Under the pieces are notes generated by a model, which saw only the letters and a list, made by a program, of their open reading frames with translations, was not told the DNA's origin and ran no database searches. Shown here piece after piece: positions 29,318 to 38,654 of a stretch of DNA of 64,000 nucleotides; position 1 is the stretch's first letter; every line of letters begins with the position of its first letter. A program made the position numbers and the translations under genes. This stretch comes from an uncultured bacterium (GTDB taxonomy: Bacteria; Verrucomicrobiota; Kiritimatiellia; CAIKKV01). The stretch covers positions 12,065 through 76,064 of the forward strand of contig CALHRZ010000017.1 of NCBI GenBank assembly GCA_938038445.1, read 5' to 3'.

Positions 29318-29956
29318 TCAGTCCCGCAAATGCAAAAAGTTAACGAGTTCGTTGGCCGAATCTTCGATCGCGATCGTCAGTTGTTCAACGCGATTGACAA
29401 AGAGGTTGTAGGCAATGACCGCCGGGACCGCGATCAAGAGCCCTGCCGCCGTGGTAATCAACGCCTCCGAGATGCCGGCCGCCACATCGCCGCCTTGCAG
29501 AGTGCCGCCCGCCTTGGCCATTTCGTTGAACGCCTTGATCATACCCGTAACCGTTCCCGTCATGCCAACCAGCGGCGCCGTACTGCCCACCAGCAGCAAC
29601 AGCCCGACCCGTTTCTCCAATTCCGCCAACACATGCGGCGCATAATCCTCCATACATTTGGAGACACTCGCTTCGATTTCCGCTTTCTGTCGCCTCAGCG
29701 CCATTAACGCCCGGTAGCGATTGAGCCCCGCAAGCAAAATCGCCGCCACAGGACCTTTGGTTTCTTCACATAAGCGGATCGCTTCGTCCACCTTGCGCTC
29801 CGCGAGCAATTGCAAAACCATGCGCCGGAGCAATGAGGTATCCCGGCTGGCGGTCGCCAAAACCCTCCAGCGCTCCAAAATCACAGCCAGTCCGGTGATC
29901 GAAAGAGCGAGCAACACCCACATCAGGGGGCCGCCGTCGAGCATGAATTTCAGCAT
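29318..29956 (-). CDS. MotA/TolQ/ExbB proton-channel family protein
   Basis: 212 aa. The three-TM topology ends in the conserved region LVGMTGTVTGMIKAF...ITTAAGLLIAVPAVIAYN. Confidence 0.8.
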   Translation of the reverse strand: MLKFMLDGGPLMWVLLALSITGLAVILERWRVLATASRDTSLLRRMVLQLLAERKVDEAIRLCEETKGPVAAILLAGLNRYRALMALRRQKAEIEASVSKCMEDYAPHVLAELEKRVGLLLLVGSTAPLVGMTGTVTGMIKAFNEMAKAGGTLQGGDVAAGISEALITTAAGLLIAVPAVIAYNLFVNRVEQLTIAIEDSANELVNFLHLRD

Positions 29957-29973
29957 GGGACAGAACTCCGGAG

Positions 29974-32139
29974 TTATCGGTTAATCAGTTCCAACACCTT
30001 GTGCGCCTTGCCTGCAGCGACACTGTTCGGATAATCGCGAATCAGGGCGGTCAGTTTTTCGCGGGCTTCATTCTGCCGGCCAAGGCGGACCAGGACCACG
30101 CCCCATTTCAGGAGCATTTCGTCCAGGAAGGGGGCATCAGGATAATCCTGAAAAACGGTTTGAATCATCTCCAGACAGCGGGCGTAATCTCGTGCTTCCA
30201 GGTGGAAGTCGATCACCTTGCCCAGCGCTTCCCCGGCAAAAGGCGAATCGGGATACTGCTCGGCCACGGAGCGGTAAGCCGCAATCGCCTGCCCCAAGGC
30301 GCGCAGGCGTTCTTCTCGGCTGAGATTGGATCGGATGCTCTGCTCCAGTGTCTGCGCCAGCAAAAATTGGGCCTCCGCCTTCAGATCGGGGGATGTCTTG
30401 AGCCCCAAAATGCCACGCAGGAGTCCCGCGGCTTCGTTCGGCTTTCCCGCGTTGAGATAAGCCCGTGCAATCTGCATCATCGCCACATCGGCCAGCGAAG
30501 AAGTGGGAAAAAGCGCCATGAGCTGGCGGCAGGTGGCGATCGCCCCGCTCAGATCGTCCTTGGCAATCTGAAGTTCCCACTTCAACTGATAGGCCTCTTC
30601 CACCAGTTCGGGCGGAAGCGAGGCGCGGGCATACCGCCGGAGCACATCCTCGACCTTTTCCAACCCTGTATCCGCCTTTTCATGCGACCGAGCCATCAAT
30701 CCCACATCCTTGAAAATCTGGGCTAATCGAAGATAAAACTTGGCCTCCGTCACATTTTTGCGGGCCCGCAGCACCTCCGTCGCCACCTCCCGTTGCGCCA
30801 CCATGACGTCGGGAATCTCGCCGGCCAGAAATTCCGCGCGAGCTGAAACCAAACGCGGTTCCTTCCGGCTCCCAATGTGTGCCTTGTCCTCATATTCGAG
30901 AAAGATGATGTCTTTCTCCGCCGCCGATAGAATGCTGTCAGCCGTGTTCAAGGGCTGGCCTTCCTCCCATTTCTGAATGTTCAAGGTTCCCGTAAACACT
31001 CCCGTCATCGGCCCGCTCTCCCGAAGCGTCAAAGAGAGGCTGTCCCGATCCAATAACTCCTCCACTTCCAACGCAGCCGCCGTTTCCTCGCGCGGGGCCG
31101 GGTAGCGGGCAATAATCCGTACCACGACCGTGTCCGGACCGTCGGTGACATCGGCATCCAAGTCCTTGACCCGAAGAAACGCCGGTTGGCCGACAAAAAG
31201 ACCTCGCACATATTCCCGGTAGGCACCGTCCGTAAAGCCTGCCACGGCCGTCGAAACAGTCCGCGCAAAGGCTTTGCGCTCCACGTTTCGCCCCCCGTCC
31301 TGCGTGTTGGCATCCAGATAGGAAACCGTAATGCGGTCCCCGCCGCGCACTTCCAGAATGCCGTTGGTCGCCACCGCCTTTCCTTGTTCCATTCGGATGC
31401 TGCCCAAATAGAACTCCCCCTCTGCATCAAAGGGTTCCAGCGTCAAACGTTCCCGATCGCCCGAATCGGTTGTGACCGTGACTTCCAACGGGCGGCCCGC
31501 GATTTTGAGAACACGCAGGTCCTTGTCCTGAATCTTGACAAAAAACCGCTGCCCGGCTTCGACAAGGGACTCCTCTTCTCCTTCGTTAGGAGGAACGCTG
31601 GTCCCAACCATTTTGAGGGCTTCAACCGCCTGTCGCCACCGTTTCAACTGGAAATGGCACAGTCCAATATAATAGTAGGCTTCGTTGGCAAAAACGCTCC
31701 ACGGATACTGGTCCGTCACCTTCCGCAAGGTCGAAAGGGCGCGGGGATAATCCCCCAATCCGTAATGAGCGATCCCCATGCGGTAGAGCGCCTCCGCCTT
31801 TTCGTCCGGTCCCGCATCTTCCGCATCCAGCACCGGCTGAAGATTCTTGAGCGCGAGGGCGAAATCGGGCCTGTTCTCGGTGTAATACCGCCCAATTGCC
31901 AGCCAGGCCTGGAGCCGAACGGGCGATTTGGGAAAGGTGGCGGGAATCGAGGCCAACACCTTGAGCCCGCGCTCGTCCTGCCGGTCTTCAATCAGGGCAA
32001 GCCCCTGCCGGAATAACCGCATCGCCGCCGGGTCGCCCGCGCCGGAAGAATCGGTCGGCGTCTGCTGGGCCCTGCCGGCGGCCCCCGCCAGCAGCCCTCC
32101 GATTGTTACTGCCGCCATCACCATCGTTTTCCACTTCAT
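29974..32139 (-). CDS. Secreted TPR-repeat protein (~720 aa) with central beta-rich region
   Basis: It has a signal peptide (MVMAAVTIGGLLAGAAGRAQQ). TPR blocks sit at both the N- and C-termini, flanking a non-TPR middle of about 250 aa. Confidence 0.6.
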   Translation of the reverse strand: MKWKTMVMAAVTIGGLLAGAAGRAQQTPTDSSGAGDPAAMRLFRQGLALIEDRQDERGLKVLASIPATFPKSPVRLQAWLAIGRYYTENRPDFALALKNLQPVLDAEDAGPDEKAEALYRMGIAHYGLGDYPRALSTLRKVTDQYPWSVFANEAYYYIGLCHFQLKRWRQAVEALKMVGTSVPPNEGEEESLVEAGQRFFVKIQDKDLRVLKIAGRPLEVTVTTDSGDRERLTLEPFDAEGEFYLGSIRMEQGKAVATNGILEVRGGDRITVSYLDANTQDGGRNVERKAFARTVSTAVAGFTDGAYREYVRGLFVGQPAFLRVKDLDADVTDGPDTVVVRIIARYPAPREETAAALEVEELLDRDSLSLTLRESGPMTGVFTGTLNIQKWEEGQPLNTADSILSAAEKDIIFLEYEDKAHIGSRKEPRLVSARAEFLAGEIPDVMVAQREVATEVLRARKNVTEAKFYLRLAQIFKDVGLMARSHEKADTGLEKVEDVLRRYARASLPPELVEEAYQLKWELQIAKDDLSGAIATCRQLMALFPTSSLADVAMMQIARAYLNAGKPNEAAGLLRGILGLKTSPDLKAEAQFLLAQTLEQSIRSNLSREERLRALGQAIAAYRSVAEQYPDSPFAGEALGKVIDFHLEARDYARCLEMIQTVFQDYPDAPFLDEMLLKWGVVLVRLGRQNEAREKLTALIRDYPNSVAAGKAHKVLELINR

Positions 32140-32155
32140 GGGCTTGTTGCTCCGC

Positions 32156-33982
32156 TTAGAGGTCCTCATCCAAAATACCGCCTCCCGTCGCCACGCCATA
32201 CCGTTCCAGCCACTGATGCGCCTGAGACGAAACCGGATGCTGAGGATACTTTTTCAGCACAGCCCGCAAGGCCGCAATCGTTTTCTCACGGTTCTTGGCT
32301 CCTTCCCACACCTGCGCTTTGCGCAACGCGGCCTGCGGCGCATCGCGTTCGAAAAAGTTCTCGATTTCCGTAAGGGCTTCCACCGCCTGCTCCGGTTTGC
32401 CCCACCGTTGATAGCATTCGGCCGTAGCCCAGATCGTCGCGGGGGGATCATTGATCATCGCGTAAAGTTTGATCGCCTCTTCATAACGAGCCAGCCGATC
32501 TTTATAGAGGGTGGCGCGCAAACGCAAGGCCCTAAGGGAATAAGTCTTATCGTCCATTTTCTCAAGTTCTTCACATTTTTCGGCTTGAACCGCCCATTTC
32601 TCCTGCGCGCCCAACACTTCGATCTCCTTCCAAAGAGCCAGCGGAGGCGATTCGATCCGTCGAGCCATTTCGATCGCCCGCTCAAACTGCCGAGCGTTTC
32701 GAAATCGATCGCATAGACCCGCAAGACCGTTGTCCCGTTCGGGATTCGGCATGCGGAGATAATGCTCCCGGGCCCGAGCGATCAGGGCGTTCCATACGTC
32801 CGCGTGCGGCTCGGTTCCTGCGATCGGCATCGGAAAGCGATCCAGCGCCGGAAGAATCACCGCCAGTTGGCCCGCAGCATCCAGCCGATCCAACCGTCCC
32901 GCCAGAACTTCCCCAAAGTTTTTCCATTCGGGGGCAACGGTAAACTTCACCTGCCCCCCCTCGACCAGCCGGGGAATCATCCACTGGACCGATGAGCGAA
33001 GCGCGTCGCGGTTCTCCACTCGGCGAAAATCGTCCAGGGCGCTCTTCCAGATTTCCCCCCACTCCCGGCTCAAGCGCGCCCGCGCCGCAAGTGTGAGCAT
33101 GCGATTATACCAGTCGGAAAGACGCCCCGCTTCGGAAAAGACGGTCCTCTTCATCCGAGCCCATTCAAAAAAAACCCGCCGCTGCTTCTCGGGGATCGAA
33201 TCGAAAACGGCAAGTCCCCGATCGAGAATAAAAACCGCCTGGTCGGGCGGCTTGGCTCCAGTTGGAGGAAAACGGCCCAGAAGGCGATCCGCATCCTCGT
33301 ATCGTCCTTGCCGACAGTATAAATCCGTCAGCTTCTGTCGGGCCGTTGTTGCCGCGCTTTCCGGCCTTCCAACGAAGGATTCGAGATAGCCGTCAACAAT
33401 CCGCGTCCAACACCGTTCGGCTTCCCGCCACTTTTCTTGCTGCGCATAAAAGTCGGCCAGCCGGTCCAGCATGAGGTCCGCGACCGGATGGGCCAATGCC
33501 GCATCACGGTCGGTCATCTCCTGCCACACGGCGAAACCTTGCTCGAGATTCCCGTTCTCAATCAACGCAAGCCCCTTTAAATAGGCCGCCGGAACTGCCT
33601 CGTCCATGGACTTGCCGAAAAAGTCGAGCACCTCATTGTACCGCTGAATCGCCTTGTTCCGAAACCGGGCGAGATGATAGCCTAACCCCTGCATGAGAAG
33701 GGCGTGGCCATACACCGGCGTTTGAGGATTGGCGGTCACAAACTTTTCGTATTCGAGCGCCGCCGCCTCGAACTTGCTTTCCCGGATGAGTTTTTCCGCC
33801 GCTTCATACTGAAGCCGTTCCGCCTGGGACAGCAACCCGTACTTTCGCGGCGGGAGAGTCCAGGACCAAACGCCCTTGAAAATATCCTCCGCAGGTCCTG
33901 CACACAGGCGAACAGAAGCCATCCCCCACGTCCACGCCACAAGGATCTGAAGCCACCGACCTTTCACCCTCAATCCCGGCAT
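32156..33982 (-). CDS. Secreted TPR/helical-repeat protein (~608 aa)
   Basis: The start is chosen at MPGLRVKGRWLQILVAWTWGMASVRLCAGP (signal-like), 1 nt after the stop of the 1527-aa TPR gene. The body is alpha-helical repeats. Confidence 0.55.
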   Translation of the reverse strand: MPGLRVKGRWLQILVAWTWGMASVRLCAGPAEDIFKGVWSWTLPPRKYGLLSQAERLQYEAAEKLIRESKFEAAALEYEKFVTANPQTPVYGHALLMQGLGYHLARFRNKAIQRYNEVLDFFGKSMDEAVPAAYLKGLALIENGNLEQGFAVWQEMTDRDAALAHPVADLMLDRLADFYAQQEKWREAERCWTRIVDGYLESFVGRPESAATTARQKLTDLYCRQGRYEDADRLLGRFPPTGAKPPDQAVFILDRGLAVFDSIPEKQRRVFFEWARMKRTVFSEAGRLSDWYNRMLTLAARARLSREWGEIWKSALDDFRRVENRDALRSSVQWMIPRLVEGGQVKFTVAPEWKNFGEVLAGRLDRLDAAGQLAVILPALDRFPMPIAGTEPHADVWNALIARAREHYLRMPNPERDNGLAGLCDRFRNARQFERAIEMARRIESPPLALWKEIEVLGAQEKWAVQAEKCEELEKMDDKTYSLRALRLRATLYKDRLARYEEAIKLYAMINDPPATIWATAECYQRWGKPEQAVEALTEIENFFERDAPQAALRKAQVWEGAKNREKTIAALRAVLKKYPQHPVSSQAHQWLERYGVATGGGILDEDL

Positions 33983-33983
33983 G

Positions 33984-36900
33984 TCAGTTTTCCGTCGCAA
34001 ACTTCCGGAACGCCTGATCGTTTTGAACCAGTTGCCCCCGGGCAAATTTCGCCCATTTACTCTCCGGATAATCCCACGTCAACCGTTTGAATGCGATATA
34101 GGCGTTCTTCATGTCCTGTGTCTTCAGGTAGCAGTCGCCGAGCCAGTACATCGCCTCCGCCCGAAGATCCTTGTCCTCGTACAACGCGAGAAGCCGCTCA
34201 AATTTGGCGATGGCTTCCGTTAGCCAGGACTTCGCTTTCTCATCGTACCGACCCTCCAAAACCGTCTTCCGTTCCTCCGCCCCCTTCATGTAGCTCTGGG
34301 CCGAAAGGAAGAGCGCTTTGGCCGCCAACTCGTGTTCCGGATTGCGGGACTGGAAGTTCCCAAAGATTTTGCCAGCAACCTCGTATTCTTTCGTACGATA
34401 AAAGTATTGCGCCAACCGGAGAATCGCATCGGAAACCAGAGGGCTGCGGGGATAGGCATACGTCAGTTCGACATAGGCATCGAGCGCATTGTCATTGTCC
34501 CCCATTCGCTCCAGACAGATCCCTTTCCGCAGCTGGGCTTTCGGTGCAAACTCGCTATCCGGCCAGTTGCTCAATACCTTGTTGTATCGCTCCAGCGCCT
34601 CTTCAAATTTCTCCAACTCCTGCGCCAGATTGCCGAGCAAAAATTCGGCATGGGGCGCATGAACCGTATCGGGATAATCCGCAATCGCCTCTTCCAAGAT
34701 CTGCTTGCCCTCCGCAATTTCTGCTTCGGCTTGAGATTTCTGCCCGGTTTCGCGATGTTCTTTGGCCAACTCGAACAATGCTTCGGCCATCAACAGGCGC
34801 GTTTTGACCGCAATGTCTTCGTTCGAGAACCGCTTGGTAAACGTTGCCAACCGCCCATCATCACCCATGAAAACCTGAACCTGAGCGGTCACGGCCCGCG
34901 GTTGAGTCGCAATCACGCTGACGGCATCTTGGTAAATCGCCGTGATCGTCTCCCCATATTCGACCGGAAGAACGCCCTCCTGAACGGCCCCAGAGCCTGC
35001 AAGTTCCGTCTTGATCCGCCCCGAAAAGACGCCGGAATGCGGCAGGGTTTCGGTCAAAACCATCGGAAATTCCCCCGCCTTGACGCGCAGACGAACCTCC
35101 ACCGGATCGAGTTCGTCCGTTTGATCCATATCCCGATCCATGAGCAGCAAATGGGCGTAATCCCCCACGAAAATCTGCCGTTCCGGCTCAAGATAGCGTC
35201 GGTCCATAAACCGCATGGAGGCATCGGTCGCAAGCGCAAACCAGCCCCGCGTCGCGGGTTCTTTCCGAACCGTAGGAATCACTACCCGCAACAGGTCAAC
35301 GCTCCGCATGTAAAAACGGGCCCGTCGAGCGTTGAGACGGCCCAGGGCCTCCTCCCGGCTGTCCTCCTCAACATATCCTGAGGAATCGCCAAGCCGCACG
35401 TCCACAAAGACCGAAAACTCCCCGTTCGTCGGGTCGCTCAACGTCATCGGAATCTCCTGATACGGAGGCCGCCTTCCCGCCGCTTCCGCCTCAGCGGCTT
35501 CCCGTTCGGTCGTCAGCCAAGCCACATGGGTGGATTTGGCGCCCAAAGCCGCCGCCGGATAGAGAACCCGGAAATGGACCGATGTGTCCATGCTTGTGAC
35601 CAGGGGCGCTTCGGGTCGTTGCCCCGCGCCCGCCGGGGCTGGACGGATCTGAACAACCGGACCCTTCTTTCCGGTCAGCCCTTCGTCGTCCCTCAAAAAT
35701 ACCGTTTGATAAAGGAGGAGTTCAGGAGGGTCCTGGGGAGCATCCGTGACCGAGGCGGTCCGGACAAGCTGTCCGTCGCTGCTTTCCTCGTCCCGGTACT
35801 CCAGGGTTACGGTGTCGCCCGAGGTCACCGCGATCGTGTCCCCTGCCGTCTGTCGGCCAAGACGAAGAATCGCGACAAAGACCCCAGAGTGAGGTTCCGT
35901 TTCGATCGCCTCCATTTCCAGAGACTCGCCCGAAGCCGTCGTAATCCACACGGGCACCTTGTCATGCTCCCGGCTCACATCGGCGTCATAGTCGGTGATG
36001 TGCACAACGAGCGATTCGGTCTCGCCCGTCCGAAACCGAAAGGCGGGATCATGTACGATCTCCCGTTCGCCTTTGGCATTCATCTCGATCGTTTCATAAG
36101 CAAACATCACTCGCGCATTGAAAAACCCGGATCGCAGCACCGCCGTCAAGCGGTTGTTGTCGCGTCGAATTCGACGTTCGTCCATATAAGAAATTTCGAT
36201 TCGGTCTCCCGGTCCGAGATGCAATACCCCGTCCGCCGCCCCCTTCAACCGTTCGGGCGGGAGAGGCAGAATGGCTTCGCCGCGCGGGCCAACAATGGTG
36301 GCCGTCCGAATGGCCACGTCGTTTCCTTCAAAACCGTCAAATACCCATCGAAGCTTCCGGACGGAAACAGGACGCGTGAAACGGGCCGTCGCCTTCTGCG
36401 ATTCCAACACCAGATGACCCGCGGGCGTCACGTCAACACTCTTCCAGCGAAATATTTGATCCCGGATGCGAACCGGCTTCTCCGTCTGCACCCGCGCGCC
36501 GAATTCGACACTCTCTTCCGGAGTCGGTCGGTTGAAGAGATGCCACTTGAGTACGACTCCTGGCGCCGCCGGCGGCACGGAGGGCATGGAAGCCAAGGGG
36601 TTGTTGGCTTTGTCCAGGACCGTCATGCTGGCTCCCCACGGTCCGCTGATCTGCGCCACCCGTAGTACGACGCCGTTCGTCCCCGCCTTCAATGAGCCCG
36701 TGACCGCATCCTCTTCGGGTTTCCAGATCCGCCCCGCCGGCCGACTATGGATCCGCTGGCCGTTCAGCCAAACCGTCACTCCATCACAACTGCCGATTTT
36801 GAAAACCGCCTCCTGGTCCGTTTCGCTGACGAGTTCCGTATAGAGAAAGGCCGCGGTGTTGCGCAGCGAACCAAAATGAGCGGCCAGATCCACGTAGCCA

Positions 36901-38567
36901 TAAACCTGCTCGCGGGATGGCTTCGTACTGAGAAGCGGCGTAAGCTTGTCGCCCGCCCCGCCCAACAACGTAAGATCGCGGACTGTGCCCCCGCCCGATA
37001 GATCCAACACTGCACTCCCGATCGGTTGGACGTTCATCAGATCCACCTCCCACCACGGCGGTTCACTGCCGCGAGATCCGCTCTTCCAGCCCGCCGATCC
37101 TGTAGCCAGGGGCCCGGCGGGATCCCGGCCGCTTGCCGTGTCGGATGCCGTCGCGCGGGGAGGCGACTTGGCCGTGGGAAGCTCACCGCGAAAGATCCCC
37201 GTATTGGGTCCCGTCTCTGTCAACCGCACCGGGTCAACCACATCCCCCGAGGAGGCGGCGGCACGCACTTCCACGGCATCGGGAGTTGGACTGACGCTCC
37301 GGTCATAGTCCACAACTTGAATGCGGATTGGATTGCCAGGACGAACCAGCCAGGGATCCCGTTCCCGCTCAAATGCGGCCATGGATTTTCCGTCCCGCTG
37401 CAGAAGAATCGCCATCCGTTGGCGAAGCAATGCCTCATCGCGCTGCTCGGCGCTCTGAAATTCCCCCGCTGTTGCGGTCAATTCCCCATCGGAAATCACG
37501 GCCATTTGTTTGGCCTCGTACTTCAGATTGTTCGCTTTTTGAAACGCTTCTTCAATTTGATATGCCACCGCATCGCCCCCCAATACCTGAAGCCGCAAGT
37601 CCCCCGGAACAGCCGGCCCGAGAACCGTGCTGATGGAGCCGCGGAACAAGGTCGGATCCCGCGGCGTAGGCAGGAGATTGAGCTTCTCTCGATCGCCTCC
37701 TTTGAGCGTCCGAATTTCGACCGGAATGCCTGCGCCCCCGCGAACAATCGCAAGATTCGGATCCTGCATCCTCATGGTAACAGGCCGGCCAGGTACCACG
37801 TATGAGGTCAGCACCCGTTCGCCGATTTCGAGTTCAGGATCCTGCAGACGGTCTTCGCGCAGATTGATTTCCGCTTCCAAAAAAATCGCCTCCACATGTT
37901 CGGGCACCCGTTTTTTTACCTCCAGCAGATTGGCCCTCGCCTCCGCATAATCCTCTCGATCAAAGGCAATCCGAGCCGCCAGAAAATACGCTTCCGCCTG
38001 AGCGGCCGCTTCCGGCGCATCCTTCAACCGCTCGATCAGCATGTCTGCGCCATCAAAGTCCCTTGTTAAGCGTAAAATGTCCACCACCCGAAATCTCGCG
38101 TGGCGTCCCGATTCGGTCAGGCGGAGATCCCGGTCCCGATCGAGACTTTCATACTCCAGTTTCGCCGCCGCATAATTTTGCTGATCCCGATACGTATCCC
38201 CCTTGATCAACCGCAGCCGAGCCGTCTGCTCCGGATTCATCCGCCGAGCAGCGAGCACCATATCGGCCACTGCGATCGCCTCTTTGTACTCTTTGTGCCG
38301 ACGATGCTGATCGGCAACCCAGATCACGAAGTCGCTGTCAAGCGAACTCCAGTGCTGCCGCAGCGTCTGCGCCTTGGGAAGATAGAGGTCCCATGCCCGC
38401 GCTTCCTGCCCCTCTTTGTAGGCCTGAGCCGCCGCTTTGAGCGCCTCAAGGGCGGAATCAGATGCTTGCTGCGCACGAACGGCGCTCAACGGAACAAGCA
38501 GCGAAATGATCGCCAGCGCGAGACTCCACGGTTTAGAACGGGAAGACGGGGGGCGGGAAACCATCAT
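33984..38567 (-). CDS. Giant secreted TPR-repeat protein (1527 aa) with internal beta-sandwich/jelly-roll-like regions
   Basis: It has a signal peptide (LALAIISLLVPLSAVRAQQ) and TPR arrays at both termini. The large central non-TPR segments include a ConA/LamG-like stretch (FKIGSCDGVTVWLNGQRIHS...). The ATG pair at 38567 and 38564 is verified. Confidence 0.65.
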   Translation of the reverse strand: MMVSRPPSSRSKPWSLALAIISLLVPLSAVRAQQASDSALEALKAAAQAYKEGQEARAWDLYLPKAQTLRQHWSSLDSDFVIWVADQHRRHKEYKEAIAVADMVLAARRMNPEQTARLRLIKGDTYRDQQNYAAAKLEYESLDRDRDLRLTESGRHARFRVVDILRLTRDFDGADMLIERLKDAPEAAAQAEAYFLAARIAFDREDYAEARANLLEVKKRVPEHVEAIFLEAEINLREDRLQDPELEIGERVLTSYVVPGRPVTMRMQDPNLAIVRGGAGIPVEIRTLKGGDREKLNLLPTPRDPTLFRGSISTVLGPAVPGDLRLQVLGGDAVAYQIEEAFQKANNLKYEAKQMAVISDGELTATAGEFQSAEQRDEALLRQRMAILLQRDGKSMAAFERERDPWLVRPGNPIRIQVVDYDRSVSPTPDAVEVRAAASSGDVVDPVRLTETGPNTGIFRGELPTAKSPPRATASDTASGRDPAGPLATGSAGWKSGSRGSEPPWWEVDLMNVQPIGSAVLDLSGGGTVRDLTLLGGAGDKLTPLLSTKPSREQVYGYVDLAAHFGSLRNTAAFLYTELVSETDQEAVFKIGSCDGVTVWLNGQRIHSRPAGRIWKPEEDAVTGSLKAGTNGVVLRVAQISGPWGASMTVLDKANNPLASMPSVPPAAPGVVLKWHLFNRPTPEESVEFGARVQTEKPVRIRDQIFRWKSVDVTPAGHLVLESQKATARFTRPVSVRKLRWVFDGFEGNDVAIRTATIVGPRGEAILPLPPERLKGAADGVLHLGPGDRIEISYMDERRIRRDNNRLTAVLRSGFFNARVMFAYETIEMNAKGEREIVHDPAFRFRTGETESLVVHITDYDADVSREHDKVPVWITTASGESLEMEAIETEPHSGVFVAILRLGRQTAGDTIAVTSGDTVTLEYRDEESSDGQLVRTASVTDAPQDPPELLLYQTVFLRDDEGLTGKKGPVVQIRPAPAGAGQRPEAPLVTSMDTSVHFRVLYPAAALGAKSTHVAWLTTEREAAEAEAAGRRPPYQEIPMTLSDPTNGEFSVFVDVRLGDSSGYVEEDSREEALGRLNARRARFYMRSVDLLRVVIPTVRKEPATRGWFALATDASMRFMDRRYLEPERQIFVGDYAHLLLMDRDMDQTDELDPVEVRLRVKAGEFPMVLTETLPHSGVFSGRIKTELAGSGAVQEGVLPVEYGETITAIYQDAVSVIATQPRAVTAQVQVFMGDDGRLATFTKRFSNEDIAVKTRLLMAEALFELAKEHRETGQKSQAEAEIAEGKQILEEAIADYPDTVHAPHAEFLLGNLAQELEKFEEALERYNKVLSNWPDSEFAPKAQLRKGICLERMGDNDNALDAYVELTYAYPRSPLVSDAILRLAQYFYRTKEYEVAGKIFGNFQSRNPEHELAAKALFLSAQSYMKGAEERKTVLEGRYDEKAKSWLTEAIAKFERLLALYEDKDLRAEAMYWLGDCYLKTQDMKNAYIAFKRLTWDYPESKWAKFARGQLVQNDQAFRKFATEN

Positions 38568-38654
38568 GGCGCGTCCTGTCAGTTGGGCTTGCGATAACGA
38601 ATGAGAGCTTTTAAGATAACCGAAACCTCAAAAATCATCAATTTGTTTTTCACC

